Origin: Fibrobacterota bacterium
Lineage (GTDB): Bacteria > Fibrobacterota > Fibrobacteria > UBA5070
Direction of reading: 5' to 3'
DNA: 39,964 nt
Assembly (NCBI GenBank): GCA_036771135.1
Contig: DAIPHW010000004.1
Span: forward strand, 1 to 39,964
Every line of letters begins with the position of its first letter. Positions within the stretch are counted from its first letter, which is position 1. A model generated the notes under the pieces. That model did no database searches, was not told the DNA's origin, and was given only the letters and a program-made list of their open reading frames with translations. Below are positions 16,039 through 23,618 of the stretch, in pieces. The position numbers and the translations under genes are program-made.

Positions 16039-16461
16039 TCAGCGCATCCACTGGAAGCGCAGCACTTGCGTAGCGGCTCCCGTGGAAGAGGTGGCTTTTG
16101 CGAAATAGATCCCGTATGGGAGTCCGCTGATGGACTGATTTGCCTGGCCGAGATTGTCTAAGGAAAGATCCCACCCTTGCATGCGGCGTCCCTCAAGAGA
16201 ATAGAGGTCGAGATGAGCTCTTGAGGTTCCCGGTATGCTCACACGGATGGAGCGTCCTTGAAAGTACAGCCCGGCAGCAAGCGAACTCCCCTTGCTTGAG
16301 GTGATTCCCGTGACAGTCCCGCTAAACGAGATGCTTTTCACAGAATCCAAGCTATAGAGGTATTGGCTCCCGCCGCCGAAAAGCGCGAGTTTCAGCGCAG
16401 CTTCGGAGGCCGCGCATGACAACAGCAACATACCCATGAAGATCATCATGGACTTACGCAT
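16039..16461 (-). CDS. Small secreted protein with a T9SS-type C-terminal sorting domain (Por_Secre_tail-like)
   Basis: Signal peptide MRKSMMIFMGMLLLSCAASEA. C-terminus AHLDLYSLEGRRMQGWDLS...SGLPYGIYFAKATSSTGAATQVLRFQWMR resembles type-A T9SS CTDs. RBS AAAGGAAC upstream of the ATG at 16461. Confidence 0.6.
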   Translation of the reverse strand: MRKSMMIFMGMLLLSCAASEAALKLALFGGGSQYLYSLDSVKSISFSGTVTGITSSKGSSLAAGLYFQGRSIRVSIPGTSRAHLDLYSLEGRRMQGWDLSLDNLGQANQSISGLPYGIYFAKATSSTGAATQVLRFQWMR

Positions 16462-16540
16462 AAATGGTTCCTTTCATGCCACCACAGGAAACACGGCAGC
16501 TATCGCGGAAATGATATGGGGAAAAGGAAAGAATTCCTAA

Positions 16541-16593
16541 AAGAAATGACCGCAAAAACCGAAAAAGCTGCTCTAGCGGCCTAGAAATGCGGT
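16541..16593 (-). repeat. Copy B of the two-block conserved intergenic element
   Basis: Plus strand aagaaatgaccgcaaaaaccgaaaaa, variable spacer, ctagaaatgcggt. Begins 2 nt after the histidine kinase stop (16596..16598) and ends 80 nt upstream of the ATG at 16461. Confidence 0.6.
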
Positions 16594-16595
16594 TT

Positions 16596-19391
16596 TCAGG
16601 ACTCGTCCAGCGATTCAGCAATCTCCGAGCGCGGGTGCGCCAGCAGATGTCGCAGCGACTCCAGCTCCTTCAATAAGGCTTCGCCCTGCTCCTTGCCGAG
16701 GCTTTCTGCCACGAATTCGACAGTTCTTTCCAGGAGACGCCACTTGGGATTCTTGGGCCACTTGTGGAGTTCCAGGTAGCGATCCAGGGTGACGGCCCGC
16801 CGCCAGCCGTTGCGGTCGGCATGCACTTTCCAAAGCCCCGAAGCATCCGCCAGATCGGGCTTCGTCCCTCCAGTCGCCGCGCACCAAAGCTCCAGGGAAC
16901 GGTTCAAAAGCACACAAATACGGGCGCGCAGTGCATCTTCGCAGCTTTCGAGATATGCCTCCCGCAGACGCAGTTGCAGTTCCACCCGCGAAAGCAGCAC
17001 CTCACGCAAAAAGGGCTTGGGGACATAGTCATTGCCGCCCACCGCAAAGCCGCGTGCCACGTCCTCTGGAAAGGCCCGCGCCGAAAGGAACAGCACCGGA
17101 AGCTCGGAAGCCGAATATCGTTCCCGAAGGCGACGACATACGGCCAGCCCGTCCATCTCCGGCATCATCACGTCCAGCAGCACCAAAGCGGGAACCTCGG
17201 CAGCGATTCGTTCCAAAGCCTCCAGACCGCTTGTCGCGCACAGCACCTCGATTCCCTGCGGCTCCAGGAAAGCTTGCACGACGCGCAGGTTGATGGGCTC
17301 GTCGTCGACCGCCAGCACTCGGCACCGGAATTTCCGGGAAGTCAACTTGTCATCTGGCTCGGGAGCAATCGGGCAAATTTCTGGAACAGGAAGAGGCACG
17401 GCATCGGCAACGGATTCCTGCGACACTTCCGTCACGGCTTCCAGATCGAAGAAGAAGCGCGATCCTTTGCCCTCCTGCGACTCCACTCGCAATTCGCTCC
17501 CATGGAGGCGCACCAGTTCGCGGCTGATGGCAAGCCCCAGTCCCGTCCCACCGCGCCCGTCGCCCACCTGCTCGAAGCGCCCGAAGATGCGTTCCAAATC
17601 GACCGGAGCGATGCCGCGTCCGGTGTCGCGCACCTCCAACAGGACGCGCCTTTCCATCGTCGAAAGCACCAGCTCCACCCGTCCTCGCTCGGTGAAGCGC
17701 AAAGCATTTCCCAAGAGGTTCACCAAGACTTGCGCGATGCGATCGGCGTCGCCCCGCACCCGAGGAAGTCCCGGTTCGCAACGCAGTTCAAGGGAGACGC
17801 CCTTCTGCTCGGCCAGGGGACGCAGGCTCACCAAGAGTTCGCTTCCGAGACCGGCCAAGCTTAGGACGGACAGATGCAGCTTCATTTCCCCCTCAGTGAG
17901 GCTTGCCGTGTCCAGCAGGGCATCGACCAGTCCGCTCAGGCGACGAGCACTGACGACCACCACCTCAAGCGAGCGGCGCATGTCACACGCCAGTTCCGTG
18001 CGCACGTCGGCAAGCACCGCCTGGGTCAGCCCGAGGATGCCATGCAGCGGAGTGCGCAGTTCGTGACTGGTGTTGGCAAGGAAAGCATCCTTCACCTTGG
18101 AAAGCCGCTGGAGCTCCCGGTTCTGCAATTGGGCCTCCGCGACCAGCTCGGCATTGGCCCGAAGCGCAGAATTCGTCCGGCTGGAAAGGATCAGCGCCTG
18201 GCAGATGGCCAAGACAGCACTCCCATAGGTCAGCAGATACGGAGCCTCGCTCATTCCCAAAAAGCGCAGGGTGTCGTTGACGCAAACGGCGAGATAGACG
18301 AGATATCCCACGGCAAGGCATGCGGCATAGGGTCTTCCCTGGCGTGCCGCCAAAATGCAGGCGCACACCACCGAAATCAGTCCGGCGCAGATGATCCAGG
18401 TCGCCCACCAGATCCAAGGAAGACAGGCTCGGAACGGCAACAGGCATATCGCCACGGCCATGGCACCGCAATACGCCCAAAGCACAATGCTGGTCACCTT
18501 CAGATGTCGGAACGGAAAAAGCAGCTGAGTGAACAGGCTCGTCAGCAAAAGGAACATGAACAGGCACAGCGAATTGATGCGATTCAGCGCCTCGAAGGAG
18601 ACGGCGGAGGTCACCAGGGTAAGCAAGCGCATTTCGCCGCTTTCCGTGGCGATCTCCGCGATCCAGACAAAGCAGTAAAGCGAAAAGACCAAGGCCGGCG
18701 CACGGAAACGGCGGTTCGACGAACCGATCCAATTCGCCGCCTGCTGGATGCCCAAAAGCAGGAACATGCCCATCACCATCGCCTGAAGCAGAAAGTGCAG
18801 GAACAGATGCCGTTGGATAGCTTCAGGGGTTCCTACGCGAATGGGAAAATCGAGCCCGCCATTGTTGGCGTGGAAGTTCGATGTCTGGAAAACGAGTTCC
18901 ACCTCCGGGCCGCGCAGAGGCGCGACGGCGGTGCGAAAAGCATTTTCCGGCACTTCTTCGCCCAAACTCCTGCCCACCCGGCCATTAGAAAATGCAAGCA
19001 GCCCATCAACCCACAAGCGATAGGCGCTGCCGGATTCCTTCAGGGAAAAAGCCAACTGGCGTACCTTCGAGGTGTCCACCAAGATGCGCAGTCTGTAAGT
19101 GGCAAAGCCCGTATCGGGATAACGACGCCCGTATCGATCCCTCAGGCGGGTCCACTGGACCTGGGAAGAAAGTTGAGTGCAAGGCCAAGATTGCCCCGAG
19201 ACGAAGTCCGCAGGCAAAAGGAGGCGCCGCCAATAAAGTTCCCAAGGCCCATCAAGCTCCCGAACCCGAGCAAGGTCCACGTTCCTAAGATCCTGTACGC
19301 CAGGCCTCGGTAGATAATGCGCTTGACTTTGGGCGCAACTTCCAAGAAACAGCAAAAGCAGCAGGAACGGCGCGCGGGTCCGCAAAGACAT
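16596..19391 (-). CDS. Hybrid sensor histidine kinase/response regulator with 7TMR-DISM sensor (DISMED2 plus 7 TM), HisKA, HATPase_c, REC and an unassigned ~120-aa C-terminal module
   Basis: Signal peptide, then LDGPWELYWRRLLLPADF (DISMED2-like). Multiple TM helices. H-box SHELRTPLHGILG. G-boxes DTGRGI and GGTGLGLAISRELV. REC: VLAVDDEPINLRV...LLDVMMPEMDG...KPF. Confidence 0.85.
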   Translation of the reverse strand: MSLRTRAPFLLLLLFLGSCAQSQAHYLPRPGVQDLRNVDLARVRELDGPWELYWRRLLLPADFVSGQSWPCTQLSSQVQWTRLRDRYGRRYPDTGFATYRLRILVDTSKVRQLAFSLKESGSAYRLWVDGLLAFSNGRVGRSLGEEVPENAFRTAVAPLRGPEVELVFQTSNFHANNGGLDFPIRVGTPEAIQRHLFLHFLLQAMVMGMFLLLGIQQAANWIGSSNRRFRAPALVFSLYCFVWIAEIATESGEMRLLTLVTSAVSFEALNRINSLCLFMFLLLTSLFTQLLFPFRHLKVTSIVLWAYCGAMAVAICLLPFRACLPWIWWATWIICAGLISVVCACILAARQGRPYAACLAVGYLVYLAVCVNDTLRFLGMSEAPYLLTYGSAVLAICQALILSSRTNSALRANAELVAEAQLQNRELQRLSKVKDAFLANTSHELRTPLHGILGLTQAVLADVRTELACDMRRSLEVVVVSARRLSGLVDALLDTASLTEGEMKLHLSVLSLAGLGSELLVSLRPLAEQKGVSLELRCEPGLPRVRGDADRIAQVLVNLLGNALRFTERGRVELVLSTMERRVLLEVRDTGRGIAPVDLERIFGRFEQVGDGRGGTGLGLAISRELVRLHGSELRVESQEGKGSRFFFDLEAVTEVSQESVADAVPLPVPEICPIAPEPDDKLTSRKFRCRVLAVDDEPINLRVVQAFLEPQGIEVLCATSGLEALERIAAEVPALVLLDVMMPEMDGLAVCRRLRERYSASELPVLFLSARAFPEDVARGFAVGGNDYVPKPFLREVLLSRVELQLRLREAYLESCEDALRARICVLLNRSLELWCAATGGTKPDLADASGLWKVHADRNGWRRAVTLDRYLELHKWPKNPKWRLLERTVEFVAESLGKEQGEALLKELESLRHLLAHPRSEIAESLDES

Positions 19392-19457
19392 TGGGCAAAG
19401 ATGCCAATTTCTTAAGCGTTTGGCTCGAACCGGTGTCGGCGACCGAGCCGTGTCTTG

Positions 19458-21101
19458 TCAGCTTCCCAACAATTCAAAAAGGCGGAAGAGCTGCGAAAGC
19501 GGCGTCGGCAGACGCAGCGTCTCAAGCCGGGCGGCTGGCGGAAGACCGCAGCGCTCCGTGGGCAACTGATGCAGCACCACGAGCGGCTGAATGTACGGAA
19601 AACCTTCTGGGAACAAGCGGACAGGATGATCGCCCAGGTAAATGAAAGCGTCCCACTCGTACTTCTGGAGCGACTCCACGGAACCGCGCTGTAAAACACC
19701 CAACTCGGCAAGCAAGCGTTCCAGTGGCGATGGCGAGGCGACCCAAGTCTCCATGGCCAGCACCAAACGCGGGCGCACCGGAGGAAACGGCAAGCGAAAG
19801 CCCCCCAGCGGCAAACGTAAGCCATGGACGGCGCGGCTAGCGATGTTCCACGAATCATCGCAGAGAAGCGGCAATTGGGCGATGTCCTCGGTAAGCAAGC
19901 GAGGTTCCAGTTCATCGCGTCGCGGCAGCGAAACGGCCACCCCACCGTTCGCGGCCATCGAAAGAGCATGCGCCCATTGGTTAGCCGTAGACAGACGCAA
20001 GGCATCGCGCGTGGGAGGAACCGGCGACGAATTCTGGTAAGCGTTGACGTATTCCTGCATGGGCGTGACCAAGGCCGGCGGCAAGCCCAGCCGCTGGAAG
20101 ACGGCTCCGGCGAATTCCCCATAGGGAAGTCCAAAGACCTCCTCCACTATGCGCGTCAGGAATTTGCCGCTACCGCGGGCGGATTCGCGCAGCGAGATCC
20201 ATTGTTCCGTGGGCAGGCGCTGCATCAAGAGGATCTTTGGCAGATCATGGCAGAGCCCGATCAAGGCGGCAGCAGGCTGATCGGGGCAGAAGCGCTCCAT
20301 CCAACGGGTACAAAAGAGGGCATGGGCCCAAGTGCGCAGGATATCCTCGGGAAGCTCTTCGTCGTCTCCGTACACCTTTGTCGCCGCCACGGCCTCCCCG
20401 ACCTTGGAAAGCCCTAAGAGTTGCAGCGCATCCATGAGGCGCGGAAGCGGACGAGCTCGCGAAAGCGCAGCCTGGGCGCTGGCCATCACGGCGGCCGCCA
20501 AGATCGGATCATCGTGCAACAAAGATTCCACTTCGGAAAGGCTCGTCAAAGGCGAGGCGCAGGCCGTCAAGACGTTGTTGCGGGAAGAGGGGAAAGCCTT
20601 GCCTTGCAGCCCTTCCAGGAAATCGGCGAGTTCCATCCGCGAAGGTGCCGGGAGCTTGGAGCCTGGCGGCAACGGCGTGCGCGGGCGCACCGTGGGTGCC
20701 AAAGCACCGCAATCTTCCAGCCGCTGACGCACCCGGGCCAGCAAGTCGTCGATCAGGAAGCCCGCCTTGAGCACATAGTCCCGTACCCCCAAAGAGAGCG
20801 CCTCGGCGACGAAGCCGCGATCGGAATGCCCCGTGAGGATAATGACTGGCGTGTTGCGAAAGGGTTGACTCTGGCGCATCTGGCGCAGCAGCGCAAGGCC
20901 ATCGCCACCGGGCATGCTGAGGTCCAGCAGAACGAGATCGGGACGCTGCGAGCCGAGCAGTTCGACACCCTCGGCAAGATTCTCAGCCAGCACGGCACGG
21001 TAGCCCTGCTGCGTTAGCACGGTATCCATGGTGTAGCGGATGATCTCCTGATCATCGACCACCAAGATCTTTGGCTTGGTATTGAGCACGGACGGCGGCA
21101 T
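19458..21101 (-). CDS. Response regulator receiver plus HDOD domain protein with an unassigned C-terminal extension
   Basis: ATG 21101 (MPPSVLNTKPKILVVDDQEII...LLDLSMPGGDG...VIILTGH...YVLK). HDOD-like LLHDDPILAAAVMASAQAA...LMDALQLLGLSKVGEAV...GLCHDL. The 93 upstream codons in the ORF track are Gly/Arg-rich extension. Confidence 0.75.
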   Translation of the reverse strand: MPPSVLNTKPKILVVDDQEIIRYTMDTVLTQQGYRAVLAENLAEGVELLGSQRPDLVLLDLSMPGGDGLALLRQMRQSQPFRNTPVIILTGHSDRGFVAEALSLGVRDYVLKAGFLIDDLLARVRQRLEDCGALAPTVRPRTPLPPGSKLPAPSRMELADFLEGLQGKAFPSSRNNVLTACASPLTSLSEVESLLHDDPILAAAVMASAQAALSRARPLPRLMDALQLLGLSKVGEAVAATKVYGDDEELPEDILRTWAHALFCTRWMERFCPDQPAAALIGLCHDLPKILLMQRLPTEQWISLRESARGSGKFLTRIVEEVFGLPYGEFAGAVFQRLGLPPALVTPMQEYVNAYQNSSPVPPTRDALRLSTANQWAHALSMAANGGVAVSLPRRDELEPRLLTEDIAQLPLLCDDSWNIASRAVHGLRLPLGGFRLPFPPVRPRLVLAMETWVASPSPLERLLAELGVLQRGSVESLQKYEWDAFIYLGDHPVRLFPEGFPYIQPLVVLHQLPTERCGLPPAARLETLRLPTPLSQLFRLFELLGS

Positions 21102-21142
21102 TTCTCTGCTTACCCTACCATCCTCAGCAGAAAACGACAACG

Positions 21143-21874
21143 TCAGGGGCGCAGTTCGTACACCTGGGCGCGACCGTCCTCCACCCGCACCCGCACATCG
21201 AAGGACAGCAATCGCAGGTACCATTCCCCGGGAGCCCCGCGCAAATGGGCCGGCCGCGGATCGAGTCCCACCACATCCTCCACCAATCGCTTCGCCTCTT
21301 CCAATGAATACTCCGGCATGCCGTCTGCCTGCGCCTTGGGAAGCAGCTCCGCAAGCGCCTCGCGCGCCGATTCGTCCCACCCCACAGGGAGACCAGGATG
21401 AGCAGCCCGCGTCAGCCAGCCCTTGCTCACCTCACCCACTGGCACATCGTTTTCAGGGTGATAAGGCCGCAAATCCACCACCGGCGTGCCGTCCAGCAGA
21501 TCCACTCCCGAAACGTGCACTTCAGGGGTTTCCAGATCCACCCGATCCAGCTTCACCAGCGAAAGCCCTAGAAAATTGGGGCGATGGGGCGAGCGGGTAG
21601 CAAAGACCCCCATCTTCTCACGACCATCCAGGCGAGGCGGGCGCACGCAGGGCTTCCAACCTTGGGCGACAGCGCGATCGAAAACGAAAGTGAGCCACAC
21701 GTGCGAGAAGCCCTCCAGGCCGCGCAAGGCGTCACGCCACACGGCCGGCGGCTGGGCGCAGGAAAAGCGCAGCACACCACGCGCCAGCGGCACCAATCCT
21801 GGCTGGCGCGGAATCCCGAGCTTTTCCGGAAAGCAAGTGCGCAAAGATCCGATGGGTTCCAGCGTAAATGCCAT
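21143..21874 (-). CDS. trmO: tRNA (N6-threonylcarbamoyladenosine(37)-N6)-methyltransferase TrmO (TsaA/YaeB family)
   Basis: MAFTLEPIGSLRTCFPEKLGIPRQPGL...GLEGFSHVWLTFVFD...GVFATRSPHRPNFLGLSLVKL...VSGVDLLDGTPVVDLRPY. ATG 21874 overlaps the upstream stop (TGATG). Confidence 0.8.
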   Translation of the reverse strand: MAFTLEPIGSLRTCFPEKLGIPRQPGLVPLARGVLRFSCAQPPAVWRDALRGLEGFSHVWLTFVFDRAVAQGWKPCVRPPRLDGREKMGVFATRSPHRPNFLGLSLVKLDRVDLETPEVHVSGVDLLDGTPVVDLRPYHPENDVPVGEVSKGWLTRAAHPGLPVGWDESAREALAELLPKAQADGMPEYSLEEAKRLVEDVVGLDPRPAHLRGAPGEWYLRLLSFDVRVRVEDGRAQVYELRP

Positions 21875-23547
21875 CACATGCTCTGCTTGGAACCGAAGCT
21901 GATCATCCAGGCTCGCCACGAAAACGGCGAAGCATGTCCGACGGGGCGCGAGAAGGAAAGATGATTGACCACGCCGTCGATGCTGCGGGACATGCCAAAG
22001 CGCAGACCAAAGCCCACACCGGCCCTCCAACGACTTTCTTCCCAAGGCTCAGGGGTGGACGAGATCTGCCCGACGCCGGCGAAGACGGCAAACGCCGGAA
22101 CCACCGTGAGAGCTTCTAGCGGCGGAGTCCAACGTTCCTCGGCATTGAACAGCAAACGGCTCTTGCCGGCTAGGCTCCGTGCCGCGTAACCCGGCAAGCC
22201 GTTGTCTTCCCCCAAGGTGTATTGGGCCAGCGCCTCGCTCTGGAAAAAGGCCGCGTCCAGACTAGAGGAGGCAAGGGTTTGCCAACCGGGACGCGGAAAC
22301 CAACGCGCTTCCAGATGCCCCGTGGCGGTGCCCTGATCGGGACCGGTCTCGCCGCCAGCAAACCACTGGGCAGTTCCCGATGCAGCCAGGTACCAGTCTT
22401 GAGCCGGGATGCCGCTCCAACTGGCAGACTGTTGCTGCCAGAGGGCCGAACGGCGCGCCCCGTCGCTCTCCACGTTCCAGAGCACCGTCGAGCCAAGGCT
22501 CCACCCCAAAGCAACATCCTCGGTCCACTTGAGGTTTTGGAAGTTGCGAGCGCTCCAGTAGCGCATCCGCTTGACCTGGAGCGAAAAGCCGTAACGCGAA
22601 TCTTTGCGCGAATTTCCACGGGCAGTCGCCACCACTTGGCGCGTCTTGTCGAGCGGAATATCTAGCGAGGTATCGTAGTAGCCCAAACCCGTGGTGTCCT
22701 CGTACCATTCCCCAATGGCGCTGCCGAGGACCTGCACATCCGTCCCCGCCGCCAGCGTGAGCGCCGCTCGCAGATTTTCGGTCAGCGAATGCGGCTGGGT
22801 GATCCACTGCTGCTCGGAACCCGGCCAGCGCGATCCGGAACTCTGCTCGCGCATCTCGGTGGGAGTGTAATAGATCCGCTCGTAGCTAGAGCGCGATCCG
22901 GACACCAAAAAGCCCCATTCGTCGAAGCGCGAGCGGACAGGCTTGCCAGCTTCAAAACTCCCGGAAAAGCCATCGGAATTGTTGGATGCCAGGAAGGCCA
23001 ATCGTCCCCCTTGGCCCAGGAAGGCGTTGTTGCCGTAGGTGGTGTACCAAGAATCACGCAGCGAGCTGGAGGAGTAATAGCCGCCGACCTGTTGCCCCGT
23101 TCCCGCAAGATTCGCCTCGCTAAGGCCAACGATCCAGGAGAGCTGCCCACCGGCGCGCGAAATGCTCAAAGGAATGCTCAAGCTCCACTGATCCCAGGTC
23201 TCGGCATGCAGGATGTGATGCCCAGCAGTATCTGTACGGCTGGTCACGGCGGCATCGGCGAAAAAGCGCTGGCTGCGCAGAAGCCGCCCCGTCTCAGAAA
23301 GGCGTTGCGGAGTGAGGGTGTCGCCCAAGCCGCTGATCAGAAAGCGCCGCACCGTAGCGTCAGTGGTCTTCCAGTGGAAATAGTCCTGCAACCAGGAGTA
23401 GACAAGGCTGTCGGATCTCGTAAGCACGCGACTGCCGTCCATGGCGTTGTGCCGCACGATTTCCACCGAATCGACGACGAATGAGGCCGTATCGGCAGGC
23501 ACAGCCGCCGAGGCAAGGAGGCCGAAGCCGAAGATCAGGGCAAGCAC
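21874..23547 (-). CDS. Omp85-family outer-membrane beta-barrel protein (BamA/TamA/TpsB-like, Bac_surface_Ag)
   Basis: GTG start at 23547 with signal peptide LALIFGFGLLASAAVPA. POTRA-like N-terminus. C-terminal LGEDNGLPGYAARSLAGKSRLLFNAEERW...AGVGFGLRF typical of Omp85 barrels. Confidence 0.65.
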   Translation of the reverse strand: MLALIFGFGLLASAAVPADTASFVVDSVEIVRHNAMDGSRVLTRSDSLVYSWLQDYFHWKTTDATVRRFLISGLGDTLTPQRLSETGRLLRSQRFFADAAVTSRTDTAGHHILHAETWDQWSLSIPLSISRAGGQLSWIVGLSEANLAGTGQQVGGYYSSSSLRDSWYTTYGNNAFLGQGGRLAFLASNNSDGFSGSFEAGKPVRSRFDEWGFLVSGSRSSYERIYYTPTEMREQSSGSRWPGSEQQWITQPHSLTENLRAALTLAAGTDVQVLGSAIGEWYEDTTGLGYYDTSLDIPLDKTRQVVATARGNSRKDSRYGFSLQVKRMRYWSARNFQNLKWTEDVALGWSLGSTVLWNVESDGARRSALWQQQSASWSGIPAQDWYLAASGTAQWFAGGETGPDQGTATGHLEARWFPRPGWQTLASSSLDAAFFQSEALAQYTLGEDNGLPGYAARSLAGKSRLLFNAEERWTPPLEALTVVPAFAVFAGVGQISSTPEPWEESRWRAGVGFGLRFGMSRSIDGVVNHLSFSRPVGHASPFSWRAWMISFGSKQSM

Positions 23548-23618
23548 AATGGGCTAAGGTATTCAGTAGCGAGGCGACTGTAAACGACTGAATGAGGACG
23601 ATTCGCTCCTGAGACAGT

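Noticed and set aside
16546-16584. Tiny plus-strand ORFs inside the repeated element: MTAKTEKAALAA at 16546..16584, and MTAKIEK... starting at 12820.
   Set aside because: The shared MTAK(I/T)EK simply follows from the conserved DNA block. The two ORFs differ completely in length and downstream sequence, lack an RBS, and lie antisense to the local transcription direction.
19422-19449. Hairpin GGCTCG-N16-CGAGCC between the REC-HDOD gene and the kinase gene, as a possible attenuator or terminator.
   Set aside because: The stem is only 6 bp with a 16-nt loop and no U-tract. The two genes are 66 nt apart and are probably co-transcribed.
21102-21380. N-terminal extensions of ORF-track entries: 1732..1785, 4573..4707, 16025..16174, 21102..21380, 21875..22045, 26727..27197, 37856..37873.
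   Set aside because: The extensions are low-complexity or run through the upstream gene. Internal ATGs give canonical N-termini or signal peptides, often with stop/start overlaps or an RBS. Several ORF-track starts are TTG or GTG rendered as M.
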